In this document: positions 1 to 9,868 of the stretch, in pieces
Layout of the letters: every line of letters starts with the position of its first letter
How positions within the stretch are numbered: position 1 is the first letter of the stretch
Assembly: GCA_047285305.1 (NCBI GenBank)
Contig: JBJBDL010000003.1
Span: forward strand, 1,888,001 to 1,952,000
DNA from: Synechococcus sp.
Lineage (GTDB): Bacteria; Cyanobacteriota; Cyanobacteriia; PCC-6307; Cyanobiaceae
DNA: 64,000 nucleotides
Reading direction: 5' to 3'
Translations under genes and position numbers: made by a program
The notes under the pieces: generated by a model
The model's input: the letters and a program-made list of their open reading frames with translations, nothing else
Told to the model about the DNA's origin: nothing
Database searches by the model: none

Positions 1-975
1 CATCGAGCAGAGGCCACGGCCCAGATCCTCCCCATCAGGGTCCAGCAACTGAACGGGTTGATTGGCGGCGAAGTCACCCCGCACCGCCGTCACACCCACC
101 AGCAGCAGAGACGCACCTCGGTGCTGCAGCGCCGCACAAGCCCCCGCATCCAGCTGCAGTTCACCCTCAGGCCGAAGCACGTGGGCTAGCCAACTGCGTC
201 GATTGCCCAGGGGTTCCGGGTGAGGATGGAACACCGTCCCCCCCCGTTCCCCCTGCATTAAGGCCTCGAGGCGAGCAGGGTCGCGGCCATCGGCGAGCTG
301 CACTGTGATGCCACTGGCGGTGGCAATGCGTGCTGCCGCCAGCTTCGTGGTCATGCCCCCGGTCCCCCATCGTCCCCCGTCGCCGGCCCCCTGTTCCAAC
401 TGGTCCAGGTCGCGGGGATGGCGAACATCCGAAATCGGTTCAGCGTTGGCATCAACCCGCGGATCCGAGGAATAAAGGCGATCAACATCCGTGAGCAGGA
501 TCAATTGCTGCGCTTCAACGGCGGTGGCCACCAAGGCCGAAAGTGTGTCGTTGTCGCCGAAGCGCAACTCCGCCGGCGAGAGGGCATCGTTCTCGTTGAT
601 CACCGGCAGCACCCCCCAGCTCAGCAACTGCCGCAAGGTGCCCGAAGCGTTCTGATAACGACGGCGATCGGCCAGGTCGGAACGGGTCAGAAGCACCTGA
701 GCCACGGAACGGCCATGGCATTTCATTGCCCGTTCATACAGCGCCATCAGCGAGCCCTGGCCAATGGCTGCAGCTGCCTGCAGGGCCACCACCGTGTCGG
801 GTCGGTTGGTGAGGGCCAGCTTCTGGCAGCCCAGCCCGACTGCACCACTGGTGACCAGAACCACCTGGTCCCCCCGGGTCATGGCCCCTGCGAAGCAACG
901 GGCGTAACCATCAATCGTGGTGGCAGTCTCCCCCCGAAGCAGGCTGGTGCCGATTTTCACGACCCACAGGGTCAT
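1..975 (-). CDS. proB: Glutamate 5-kinase (runs off the window start)
   Basis: Manual translation from ATG at 975: MTLWVVKIGTSLL...VLVTSGAVGLG...GTGGMTTKLAAA, with PUA-region GRGLCSM in frame at the window edge. Absent from the ORF track because no stop lies in the window. Confidence 0.95.
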   Translation of the reverse strand, partial: MTLWVVKIGTSLLRGETATTIDGYARCFAGAMTRGDQVVLVTSGAVGLGCQKLALTNRPDTVVALQAAAAIGQGSLMALYERAMKCHGRSVAQVLLTRSDLADRRRYQNASGTLRQLLSWGVLPVINENDALSPAELRFGDNDTLSALVATAVEAQQLILLTDVDRLYSSDPRVDANAEPISDVRHPRDLDQLEQGAGDGGRWGTGGMTTKLAAARIATASGITVQLADGRDPARLEALMQGERGGTVFHPHPEPLGNRRSWLAHVLRPEGELQLDAGACAALQHRGASLLLVGVTAVRGDFAANQPVQLLDPDGEDLGRGLCSM

Positions 976-1493
976 GCTGAAGGCGCCCCCATCACGCGGG
1001 CCATGGCGCGTTCAAACCGCTGCACCTGGTCATGGCGGCATGGCTTGCCGTCGTCTCGAACCGGTCGAACCAACACCGTGTAAAGCCCCATCCGGTTGCC
1101 ACAGAGCACATCCGTGAACAGGCGGTCGCCGATCATCGCGATCGCCTCCGGTGGCAGCGCGAGATCGCGAACCACACTGCGCAGGGGGCCACGGCGAGGT
1201 TTGCCGGCACCAAAGGTGAAGCTGACCTGCAGCTGATCAGCCACGGCAGCAATCCGATCGCGAGAGGGGTTGTTGCTGAACAGATGCAATTGCAGGCGGC
1301 GGCCGGCATCCACCAGCCAATCGCGCACTGGCCCTGGCAGGGTCACATCACGACCAGGCAGAAGGGTGCGGTCGACGTCAATCACGGCGGCCTTCAGGCC
1401 ATGGGCCGTGAGGTGGGGCAGCGAAAGCTGGGCAATGGTGAGATGGGGATCCCAATCGGGGGTCAACCAGTGCTGTGCCGTCAATCCGGCCAT
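972..1493 (-). CDS. YqeG-family HAD IIIA phosphatase
   Basis: DVDRTL (DxDxT), SNN, KP and IGDRLFTDV motifs; stop overlaps the proB start. Confidence 0.9.
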   Translation of the reverse strand: MAGLTAQHWLTPDWDPHLTIAQLSLPHLTAHGLKAAVIDVDRTLLPGRDVTLPGPVRDWLVDAGRRLQLHLFSNNPSRDRIAAVADQLQVSFTFGAGKPRRGPLRSVVRDLALPPEAIAMIGDRLFTDVLCGNRMGLYTVLVRPVRDDGKPCRHDQVQRFERAMARVMGAPSA

Positions 1494-2035
1494 TCACGCT
1501 CCTCCAGTTCCGCCTCAATCAGGGGTTGAACACGGTCGAGCTCATCGTCGCTCAGCAACACCGCCTGGCCATCCACCATCCGCACCAACACCAGGAACGG
1601 ATCGAGGGGGATATAGAGGCCGTATTCCTCCGCTTCGACCATGAAGCTCACCAGCAGCTCAAAGGTCTCGGCGTCCTCATCAACATCGTCGTCCTCTTCC
1701 AGCTCGTCGAGCTCGTCCTGATCCGGCTCCTCCAGTTCACCACTGACGGTGAGGGTGATCGCTGATCGCACCAGGACCAGGTCGTGCTCCTGGAGCACCA
1801 CATCAGCCACCGAAAGAATCGGCTCGCTGCTGGCAACTTCTGTGATCGGCACCGGCTCTGCATCGTCATTGAGCCGAAACAGCGATACAGGTGTATCGAC
1901 CGGCGAGAGAAGGGCGTAGTCCTGCCCCTCTATCGGGATCAGATGCTCGAGGAAGCACAGCAAATCGTGGCCCTCGCGGTCGCGGACCAGCAGGGTGGGG
2001 TGATCGCTGCTCTTACCGGGGCCCGACTCAGACAT
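1481..2035 (-). CDS. DUF3727-type conserved cyanobacterial protein (acidic)
   Basis: YALLSPVDTPV and YGLYIPLDP motifs plus an acidic tract; usual neighbour of ruvX; start re-picked at MSESGP. Confidence 0.8.
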   Translation of the reverse strand: MSESGPGKSSDHPTLLVRDREGHDLLCFLEHLIPIEGQDYALLSPVDTPVSLFRLNDDAEPVPITEVASSEPILSVADVVLQEHDLVLVRSAITLTVSGELEEPDQDELDELEEDDDVDEDAETFELLVSFMVEAEEYGLYIPLDPFLVLVRMVDGQAVLLSDDELDRVQPLIEAELEEREWPD

Positions 2036-2055
2036 CGACGCGGCTCTGACTGGGC

Positions 2056-2532
2056 TCAGGATCCACCATCGACCGCCCCGGCGCCCGACCTTGATGCACT
2101 CTGTTGGGCCGGTTTGAGCTCCGGACCTTCCGCCAGCCATTGCTCCAGCAGCAAGGCAGCGGCTGCACTGTCCAGACGTCCGCTGCGATCGCCCGTCAAG
2201 CCGAACTGTTCACCGGCCGCCCATGTGCTGCTGTGTTCATTCACCCAGGCCAGGGGCAGATCGAGGGCGGCAGCCAGGCGCAGGCCGTAACGCTGGCAAT
2301 GCTCCGCCTGTGCGGTGGGCTGGCCCGCGGCATCCAGAGGCAATCCCACCACGAGCCCCTGCACCGACCGTTCGCGGCAGTGGGCCCGCAGAACGACCAG
2401 ATCGGTATCAAAGCGAGCGCGACGCAAGGCAGCGAGGGGCGTGACGCTGATGCCGAGGGCATCACAGCCCGCCAGGCCGATGCGCCGCCGGCCCACATCC
2501 AGGCTGAGGATCGAACAGGGACGCGGCCGCAT
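2056..2532 (-). CDS. ruvX: YqgF/RuvX pre-16S rRNA nuclease (Holliday-junction-resolvase-like)
   Basis: LDVGRRRIGLA, VVGLP, NEHSST and DSAAAALLL motifs. Confidence 0.93.
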   Translation of the reverse strand: MRPRPCSILSLDVGRRRIGLAGCDALGISVTPLAALRRARFDTDLVVLRAHCRERSVQGLVVGLPLDAAGQPTAQAEHCQRYGLRLAAALDLPLAWVNEHSSTWAAGEQFGLTGDRSGRLDSAAAALLLEQWLAEGPELKPAQQSASRSGAGAVDGGS

Positions 2533-3605
2533 TAGTGCCGATCACCGAGGCTTGGTGTGGGCAGCGGTGTGCCCTGGGGCCGCAGACGACCCAGCACCTG
2601 ATCGAGCGATCGGGTCAGCTGCAGATTGCGCTGGGGAGACTGACGCCGCCACATGCTGCGTCCGAGCAGCAGTTGCTCATCGCCACGGGTCCAGCCCTCC
2701 GCCTCCAGGATCTGGCTGAGGGGTGCATCGTCAAAGGCCGTAAGCAGCCCGCGGGGGCGGCCGCGCTGAAGGATCCCGTTCAACACTTGCGGAAGGGCCT
2801 GATCCAGCCGGGGATCCCAGGCGAGATCGCGCATCAGTTCCAGGAACCCGGCCTCTCCCGCATCGGGAAGGCGGATGCACCCCGCCAACACAGCATCTCC
2901 AGCCATGAGCACGCCGCAGCCGGGGCCGTTGCGGTCCAGCAGATCGAGCCAATGGCGGTCAGTGATCTGACGCAGGTGGCTGTGACTGCCGCCCTGCTCG
3001 ATCGACCAGAGCAACTGCGCGGTACGGCGGTTCAAGGCCGCCCAGCGCAGACCCTCTGGCAACTGATCGCTGCTTGGTGGCTCAACCCCGGCCCCTGGTG
3101 GACACCAGCACTGATACGGACGAAGCGGTTGAAAGCCCAGCTCCCGCAGCAGGGCAATGGCATCGGCATCAGTAGCCGGACAGCGGATCACCCAGCTGCA
3201 GATCTGGGCGGTCCAGGACTGCAGAGCCTGCTGAAGCAGGGACTGCTGAATGGTGCGATGGCTGTGATCGTCCAGAGAGCCCAGCAGCTCCGGCAAATGA
3301 AGGATCCAGCAGCTGCCGCGGCGGTTGAACGGCCGGGCCACAACACTGGCCACCGGGCGAGCCCCCGCAAGGGCCATCAGACAGCGGGGCGAGCGGCTGG
3401 GAAGCAGATCGGGAAAGCGTTGCTCAACTCTGGAGAGCCATTCACCGATCAAAAAGCCTTGAAAACGTGATACCTGATCTAGCGGCGCATGCTGAACCCA
3501 CTGGGCAAGGTGTGCCGGATTAAGGGGCTCAATGCGGATGGAGGTGGTCTTGGGTTCTGTCACCGGACACCCTCCAACCTCAACTGCCCACAATGTATCG
3601 CTCAT
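2532..3605 (-). CDS. Conserved hypothetical protein, GNAT-like fold
   Basis: 357 aa, coupled to both neighbours; ARPFNRRGSCW and LLRELGFQP resemble cyanobacterial GNAT-like proteins. Confidence 0.6.
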   Translation of the reverse strand: MSDTLWAVEVGGCPVTEPKTTSIRIEPLNPAHLAQWVQHAPLDQVSRFQGFLIGEWLSRVEQRFPDLLPSRSPRCLMALAGARPVASVVARPFNRRGSCWILHLPELLGSLDDHSHRTIQQSLLQQALQSWTAQICSWVIRCPATDADAIALLRELGFQPLRPYQCWCPPGAGVEPPSSDQLPEGLRWAALNRRTAQLLWSIEQGGSHSHLRQITDRHWLDLLDRNGPGCGVLMAGDAVLAGCIRLPDAGEAGFLELMRDLAWDPRLDQALPQVLNGILQRGRPRGLLTAFDDAPLSQILEAEGWTRGDEQLLLGRSMWRRQSPQRNLQLTRSLDQVLGRLRPQGTPLPTPSLGDRH

Positions 3606-4762
3606 TCAAGGCCTGGCCGAACCAAAACCAGGGGGGTGCGCTCATTGGCATTGCCAGCAGGATTGGGACGCAGGGCCCGTCCCAGCAAGCCCTCATCACA
3701 CCCGGGGCTGGAGGCCAGCACCTTCACGCGTCCGAGGTCGTTGACGTCGACGATGGCAACGTCGACCCCGAGTTCGGCAGAGGCATCACGACAAAACTGC
3801 TCAGCCCGGGATGGCCCCAGAACAATGGTCTGGTCATAGGGCGGTGTGGTGCCGGTGATGTCGTCGATCAAGCGGGCCTGCTCACCGGCGAGGCGATAGA
3901 AGCCACCGGGGATGCCCACCAGCTTCATCAGAAGACCCCCCAGCCAGGCGGCCAGAACCCTGGTGGGCCCCACCAGATCGATCAAGGTCTGCATCCCGCA
4001 GGCCGTGGCCAGGCTGCTGGTGGGGTGAAACACACGGCAGGCCAGGCGCGCCACCATGCCGGGTTCCACCTCACTGGGATGGCAATAGCGACCCTGGATC
4101 ACAGCCACGGGGGTTTCGCCGATGGTGAGGATGTCGCCGGGCTGCACCAGATCGGCGGCGTAAGTGCGCAGGACGTCAATGGCGTCATCCAGGGGGCCGA
4201 GCAGATGGGTGCGCAGCGGCAAGACGCGGCAGCCTTCCCCCTCGCTGAAGTGGGCTTGATCGGGCTGGAGGGGTTGAGGACGGCTCAAGGGAACCAGCAC
4301 GCCCTGACGGCGCTGCAGGCGACCGAAGGGTCCGTAATTCACCCAGTAGGCATCAACCCAGAGACTGTCGACCCGGGCCGATGGCGTCGGGCCGGTGATC
4401 TCGATTGAGACCCGGGCACGCGTGGTTTTGAGCCCTTTAACGATGTATGCCGCCCAGTAGCCGTCTGCACGGGTCTCCTCGTCGGGATGGTCGGCAATGA
4501 TCCGCGTTGTCACCTCCAGGCCGGCGGGATCAGAGGACCCCAGCAGCACGGGCTCGACCCGCAGCTCCGGCACAAAAATCTCCATGCGGGGGTGGGGGTT
4601 GCTGATCTCCAGCACACCCTCTATTTGGAGCCGCCCACCCAGATCATCAACGCGCCAGTCGCGAGGGGTCATCCGCAACGGTGAGGCGGGCCGCAGGCGA
4701 TGGCGAAGCTCCAGCCAAGACACAGCAAGTCCAAGGCCGAGCGGAGCAAGCAGCAGCGACAC
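3602..4762 (-). CDS. F420-0:gamma-glutamyl-ligase-like domain protein with N-terminal membrane anchor
   Basis: GETPVAVIQGR, IDDITGTTPPYD, VDVNDLG and NPAGNANERTP motifs; hydrophobic N-terminus. Confidence 0.75.
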   Translation of the reverse strand: MSLLLAPLGLGLAVSWLELRHRLRPASPLRMTPRDWRVDDLGGRLQIEGVLEISNPHPRMEIFVPELRVEPVLLGSSDPAGLEVTTRIIADHPDEETRADGYWAAYIVKGLKTTRARVSIEITGPTPSARVDSLWVDAYWVNYGPFGRLQRRQGVLVPLSRPQPLQPDQAHFSEGEGCRVLPLRTHLLGPLDDAIDVLRTYAADLVQPGDILTIGETPVAVIQGRYCHPSEVEPGMVARLACRVFHPTSSLATACGMQTLIDLVGPTRVLAAWLGGLLMKLVGIPGGFYRLAGEQARLIDDITGTTPPYDQTIVLGPSRAEQFCRDASAELGVDVAIVDVNDLGRVKVLASSPGCDEGLLGRALRPNPAGNANERTPLVLVRPGLE

Positions 4763-4826
4763 AGCGGATCCGGCTCAGCGACCGGGACAACTGGCCGGCA
4801 GCGTAGGCGCCATGGCGGTGGGCGTC

Positions 4827-5393
4827 TCAGTTGGCGGTGACTTCGATGTTCACTTCGTTGAAACTGCCTTCCTGATCAATGAGTCCCAGTTCCGGAGCGG
4901 GAAGACCGGTGGAAGCGCTGATGGCGTCGTTGATCGCCGCCAGGGGAACCTGACCGTTCTGATCGAAGACAACCCGTCCATCGGTGCCGATCACCACCAC
5001 CTGCGGAATGGTTCCAGACCAATAGGTGGCTGGATCACCCGCGCCCAAGGATTCACGGCCCTGCAGCGGATCGGTGGAGAGCGGCAGCAGATCGATGCTG
5101 CGGCCCCAAAGTCGTTGCAGTTCCGACACCACCGGAGCGAAGCGTTTGCTCACGGCGCTGTCATCCAAGTAGTAGACGATCACAGCCGTGCGTCCCTCTG
5201 CAAGGGACTCCTCCAGGGTGCTGGCGGGAGGCACTAACGACCCATTGCCGGCGTACAGGGCATAGATGTTGCCGTCATAGCTGTCGCTGTTCAAAACAGC
5301 GGCGGCTGGTGCGACATGGAGCAGCAGCGCGATCGAAACGGTGATCAGACAGCGCACCAAAGCAAGCATCAAGCCGAAGCAGCGGATCGCCAT
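4827..5393 (-). CDS. Thioredoxin-like thylakoid photosystem I accumulation factor
   Basis: Signal peptide; DSYDGNIYALYAGNGSLVPP motif; Trx-like IPQVVV without CxxC. Confidence 0.75.
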   Translation of the reverse strand: MAIRCFGLMLALVRCLITVSIALLLHVAPAAAVLNSDSYDGNIYALYAGNGSLVPPASTLEESLAEGRTAVIVYYLDDSAVSKRFAPVVSELQRLWGRSIDLLPLSTDPLQGRESLGAGDPATYWSGTIPQVVVIGTDGRVVFDQNGQVPLAAINDAISASTGLPAPELGLIDQEGSFNEVNIEVTAN

Positions 5394-5408
5394 TGTGGAC
5401 CCAGGGGC

Positions 5409-7031
5409 CTAACCGCGGCCAAAGCTGCGTCCCATGCCCTGGGCAATGCCCCGCCCCACCAGACCGATGGCGCGCCCCAGCACTTGGGTGAGCAGAATCA
5501 CAGCAAGGTCGCCGATGCGGCGCACCAGGGCCTGCACCTGGGGTGCGAGGGCATCCCGGGCTTCCAGGAGCAAGGCCACCTGCCGCTGCCACCAACCCAG
5601 TTGATTGAGCTCCCTATCGCGGGGCTCCGTCAGCAGCAACGGTTCGATGCGACCGGAGCGCAACTGAAACAAGGTGCGCTGGCTTTCGTAGAGCTGAATG
5701 GGGCGCTCCACCCAATCCGCCCAGCGCAGCTGGGTGTTCAAGCGGTTCCTGAGCCGGTCGAGTTCCCGGGTCGCAAGGAGGGGGTCCCGGAGCAGGTAAC
5801 GGCGCAGCTCCGGCCAGTCACCACAGGCATCGAGCAATTCGGCACCAATCAGTTCCGCCGTCCTCACAAGCCAATTGGTGATCAGGGTTTCCAGTTGCAG
5901 GAAGGCCCTGGGGTCATCGGCCGGCAACAGCAGGCCGTTCACCAGCATCGGTTGATCGGCAACCAGCGGCGCCAGCATTCTAGTTGGATCGGGAAGCTCG
6001 CCATCTGCACCGGTGAGATCAGTACGACTGAGCAGCGAAGCCACCACCGGCTGCAGCTCGCCGTCGCAAGGGATCTGGACGTAACTGCCGGCCAGGGCAG
6101 TGAGGGCCTGCTGGCGCAACTCGGGCTGCAACGAATCCCAGGCCTGGGCCATCGCCGTGCCGTCCTGGCGGCTGCGCAGGCGCTGCAAGACCTGATCAAG
6201 CTGTTGCAACAGGGCCAGCAGCAACTCCCGGCGTCGATCCGGGTGCAAACCCTCAATCGCCAGCAGACGGCCGGTGGAATTAGTCAATCCAGCCTGAACA
6301 GATGCATCGATGCGGTCGCGGATGGCAACCCAAACGGCAACGGCATTGCGTTCGCGCAGGCTGATCGTCGTCGTGGTGGTGGGTGATCCATCGCTGGACA
6401 CGGAGGGGTCCAGGGGTTCTGCATGCTCGAGGCCCATATGCAGCGGCCCCCAGAGCCAGAGCAACAACCCCTTGGCGAAGCGCAATTCACGGCGGCGACC
6501 CTGCAGCAGCAGAAACAGCAACAGCTGCTCCGGGGGTGGATTGAGCAAGGCTTCCACCCGTTGCAGGTCGCTGCTCACCTGCTGCAGGCCACTCACCAGC
6601 AGCCATTGGCCCAGGCCCATGGTCTGCTCCTGGCCCTGGGACTCCGACGCAGCCTCCAGGCGAATGTCCCTGCCGCCCTGCAGCAGGGTTTCAATTGCGT
6701 TCTGCAGGCCCTGGGCATCGACGTTTTGCAGCAGGCCGGCCGCCGGCAGCTCCAGCAGTTGTTCCCGCGACAGGCGTAACTCGCTGGGCAGCAGCAGCAG
6801 CACCGGAGCGGGCTGCCAGCGCTCCTGCAGGGCGAACAGCTCCTGCTGAAGCGACGCCAATGAGGCCACGGTGTCGATCGACCAGATCACCAACGCCGGG
6901 GCACCAGTCAGTCGCTCAGGGCGAAGCACCACCTCCCAATCGTCCCGGGCAGAGGTGAGTTTCAGCGCCAGCGACTCCCCGAACAGATCCGGAGCGAGCA
7001 GCAACATCCTCACCGGCGAAGGGGAGACCAA
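5409..7031 (-). CDS. DUF3685 (Ycf55-like) protein with degenerate N-terminal receiver-like domain
   Basis: 540 aa; ATRELDRLRNRLN, IQLYES and C-terminal GRAIGLVGRGIAQGMG motifs. Confidence 0.8.
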   Translation of the reverse strand: MVSPSPVRMLLLAPDLFGESLALKLTSARDDWEVVLRPERLTGAPALVIWSIDTVASLASLQQELFALQERWQPAPVLLLLPSELRLSREQLLELPAAGLLQNVDAQGLQNAIETLLQGGRDIRLEAASESQGQEQTMGLGQWLLVSGLQQVSSDLQRVEALLNPPPEQLLLFLLLQGRRRELRFAKGLLLWLWGPLHMGLEHAEPLDPSVSSDGSPTTTTTISLRERNAVAVWVAIRDRIDASVQAGLTNSTGRLLAIEGLHPDRRRELLLALLQQLDQVLQRLRSRQDGTAMAQAWDSLQPELRQQALTALAGSYVQIPCDGELQPVVASLLSRTDLTGADGELPDPTRMLAPLVADQPMLVNGLLLPADDPRAFLQLETLITNWLVRTAELIGAELLDACGDWPELRRYLLRDPLLATRELDRLRNRLNTQLRWADWVERPIQLYESQRTLFQLRSGRIEPLLLTEPRDRELNQLGWWQRQVALLLEARDALAPQVQALVRRIGDLAVILLTQVLGRAIGLVGRGIAQGMGRSFGRG

Positions 7032-7075
7032 AGGTTGAACCCGAAACAGTTGGGTTCAAAGTAACGAGCTTCTGC

Positions 7076-7552
7076 TCAGTTCTCCAGGGTGCGCCGGCCG
7101 TTCAATTGCAGGGTGTACGACTCGATGCGAAAGCCGGTTCGCTGTTCAATCTGACGCAACAGGTCGTCGGGAAGAACAACATCGATGTCTTCGATCGAAC
7201 CGCTGTCTAAACAGGTGAGATGGCTGTGGGGATCACTGCGGTAGCCGTAGAGACGACCACTGGCGCGGTCGAGACACTCGATCACTCCAGCCGACTGCAG
7301 GGCTTCGAGGTTCTGATACACCGAGGTGTGGCCGATGCTGCGCCCCTTCAGATTCAGCTGTTCAAAAATGTCGCGAGCGCTGAGGTGGCTCTTCTCGCTC
7401 CAGAGCAGGTCAAGCACCATGCGCCGCTGACGGCTGAGACGCATGCCCAGCCGGCGGCACTGCTCAAACACCTCCTGCAAGCTGCCCGCGGGGGACGGCG
7501 TGGTGCTCTTGCCAGCGGCTGCGCTTACCACAGAAGGTGCCTGCTTCTTCAA
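7076..7552 (-). CDS. furC: Fur-family regulator, FurC/PerR-type
   Basis: GMRLSRQR, HLSARDI, IGHTSVYQNLEAL and HSHLTCLDS match the cyanobacterial FurC pattern (no CxxC pairs). Confidence 0.8.
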   Translation of the reverse strand: MKKQAPSVVSAAAGKSTTPSPAGSLQEVFEQCRRLGMRLSRQRRMVLDLLWSEKSHLSARDIFEQLNLKGRSIGHTSVYQNLEALQSAGVIECLDRASGRLYGYRSDPHSHLTCLDSGSIEDIDVVLPDDLLRQIEQRTGFRIESYTLQLNGRRTLEN

Positions 7553-7572
7553 CCATAAGGCCCTAGACCAGC

Positions 7573-8340
7573 TCAGGCGATGTCTGCCGCCACGGCGGTG
7601 ACGTCTTGAAGCCTTGCCTCACCCAACGCGGCGATGGCCTCCGCCAGGTCGACACGGCCGTCATAGAGAGCTCGGCCAACGATCACCCCGGTCACACCAA
7701 GGGGCTCCAAGGGCAGCAGCGAGAGGAGGTCGGCCATGCAGCCGATGCCACCGGAGGCGATCACTGGAACAGCGCTGCACTGCGACATGGTTCGCAGGGC
7801 CTCCAGGTTGGGGCCTGCGAGGGTGCCATCGGTGGCAATGTCGGTGGTGATGATCGCCGCGATGCCAGCGGCACTGAACTGCTTGGCCAAATCGGTTGCC
7901 AGAACATCGCTCTGCTCGATCCAGCCCCGGGTGGCCACCCTGCCATCGTTGGCATCAACGCCCACCACGATGCGGCCGGGATGGCGTTGGGCCAACTCCT
8001 GAACCAACTCCGGCTGTTCAATCGCCACCGTGCCGAGGATGACCCGATCCAGGCCACAGGCGACCAACTCTTCGGCTCGCTCGAGCGAGCGCACACCACC
8101 ACCTAGCTGAACAGGGATGTCGAGTGCGGCCGTGATGGCCCGCACCGCTGCGTCGTTGATCGGCTCACCCCGTTTGGCGCCATCGAGATCCACAAGATGC
8201 AAACGGGTTGCCCCCTGGCTCTGCCAGCTGAGGGCCTGGGCCACAGGATCCTCACTGAATCGAGTCACCTGGTCGTAATCCCCCTGGTGAAGCCGGACGC
8301 AGGCTCCATCGAGCAAATCAATGGCGGGAATGATTTCCAT
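7573..8340 (-). CDS. hisA: ProFAR isomerase (histidine biosynthesis)
   Basis: MEIIPAIDL, LHLVDLDGA, QLGGGVR and TDIATDGTL motifs; start re-picked. Confidence 0.97.
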   Translation of the reverse strand: MEIIPAIDLLDGACVRLHQGDYDQVTRFSEDPVAQALSWQSQGATRLHLVDLDGAKRGEPINDAAVRAITAALDIPVQLGGGVRSLERAEELVACGLDRVILGTVAIEQPELVQELAQRHPGRIVVGVDANDGRVATRGWIEQSDVLATDLAKQFSAAGIAAIITTDIATDGTLAGPNLEALRTMSQCSAVPVIASGGIGCMADLLSLLPLEPLGVTGVIVGRALYDGRVDLAEAIAALGEARLQDVTAVAADIA

Positions 8341-8411
8341 CGGGGTCGGGCCAGAGACCCTCCATCCTGCAGCGCCACGCTTCAATAGCTGCGCTTTTCG
8401 GGCCAAAGTGC

Positions 8412-9332
8412 ATGAAGATCCTGGTAATGGGGGGAACCCGCTTCGTGGGCAGGCCCTTGGTGGCCCGCCTGCAGGTCCAGGGCCATGCACTCACCCTGTT
8501 CACCCGCGGTAAGAACCCCGTCCCCGCCGGCGTTGAACACCTTTGTGGCGATCGCAGCAGCGATGAAGGCCTCAGCGCGCTGCAGGGCCGCAGCTTCGAT
8601 GTGATCGTCGACAGCTCCGGACGCAAGCAAGAGGACAGCAGCCGCGTGGTGGCCATCACCGGGGCCCCCAGCCATCGCTTTGTGTACGTGAGTTCAGCCG
8701 GGGTGTATGCCGATTCGGAGGAGTGGCCCCTGGATGAATCCAGCCCCACCGATCCGCAGAGCCGTCACGCCGGCAAAGCCGATACCGAAGTCTGGCTGCG
8801 CAAGGAGGGCATCCCCTTCACCAGCTTCCGGCCCACCTACATTTATGGCCCGGGCAACTACAACCCGGTGGAACGCTGGTTCTTCGATCGCATCGTTCAC
8901 GACCGCCCTATTCCGCTGCCCGGTGACGGCAGCACGATCACCCAACTGGGCCATGTGGAGGATCTGGCGGAAGCGATGGCCCGTTGCATTGAAGTTGATG
9001 CTGCAGCCAATCGCATCTACAACTGTTCCGGCAAACAGGGCATCAGCTTCCGGGGCCTGATCCGCGCCGCAGCCGTGGCCTGCGGCCGAGATCCCGATGG
9101 CCTCGAGCTGCGCAGCTTCAACCCCAGCGATCTGGACCCTAAGGCCCGCAAGGCCTTCCCGCTGCGGCTCAATCACTTCCTCACCGACATCACCCGGGTG
9201 GAACGCGAACTGGCCTGGCAACCCAGCTTCGACCTGGCCAAGGGCCTGGCCGACAGCTACAGCAACGACTACGCCCTGAACCCAACCGCAGCGCCAGACT
9301 TCAGCTCTGACGAGGCACTGATCAGGGCGTGA
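8412..9332 (+). CDS. NAD-dependent epimerase/dehydratase family, CSP41b-like
   Basis: MGGTRFVG Rossmann motif, VSSAGVY, RPTYIYGPGNYNP. Confidence 0.88.
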   Translation: MKILVMGGTRFVGRPLVARLQVQGHALTLFTRGKNPVPAGVEHLCGDRSSDEGLSALQGRSFDVIVDSSGRKQEDSSRVVAITGAPSHRFVYVSSAGVYADSEEWPLDESSPTDPQSRHAGKADTEVWLRKEGIPFTSFRPTYIYGPGNYNPVERWFFDRIVHDRPIPLPGDGSTITQLGHVEDLAEAMARCIEVDAAANRIYNCSGKQGISFRGLIRAAAVACGRDPDGLELRSFNPSDLDPKARKAFPLRLNHFLTDITRVERELAWQPSFDLAKGLADSYSNDYALNPTAAPDFSSDEALIRA

Positions 9333-9837
9333 TGTAGCCCAGGGCTGAGCTCAGAGCCAGGGCGAGGGAGGGCCAGAACAGCCACCAGCCAAGGCTCTGA
9401 AGCCCGGCGGCAGCGATCCAGCCTGAAGGCCAGAGCATCAGCAACAGGCTGAGGAACTGAATGATCGTCTTGGCTTTGCCCGACAGAGAAGCCGGCCCGC
9501 CATCACTGGCCTGGGAGCGCCAGCCCGAGATCAGCAATTCACGGGCCAGCAACAACCAGACCGCCCAGAGCGGCAGCACAGCCGACGACGCCAGCCAGAG
9601 CAACGGTGCCGCGATCAGCACCTTGTCGGTGAGGGGGTCGAGGCGAGCGCCCCAGCTGCTGCCACCCCCGGCGCGCCGGGCCAGCCAGCCATCGGCCGCA
9701 TCACTGAGCCCGGCTAGCAGCAGCAACCACCAGGCCCAGCTCTGCCAGCCGAACTGCAAGGCAAGGATCAGCGGGAAACCAGCAACGGCTCGCGCCACGG
9801 TGAGTCCGTTGGCAATCGAACGCAAAGACAGAAACAA
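9322..9837 (-). CDS. CDP-alcohol phosphatidyltransferase (PgsA-like)
   Basis: DAADGWLARR...GARLDPLTDK signature; hydrophobic; GKAKT. Confidence 0.9.
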   Translation of the reverse strand: MFLSLRSIANGLTVARAVAGFPLILALQFGWQSWAWWLLLLAGLSDAADGWLARRAGGGSSWGARLDPLTDKVLIAAPLLWLASSAVLPLWAVWLLLARELLISGWRSQASDGGPASLSGKAKTIIQFLSLLLMLWPSGWIAAAGLQSLGWWLFWPSLALALSSALGYITP

Positions 9838-9868
9838 CGCTCAGAATGTGAGGAGCTGAACCTTGATC

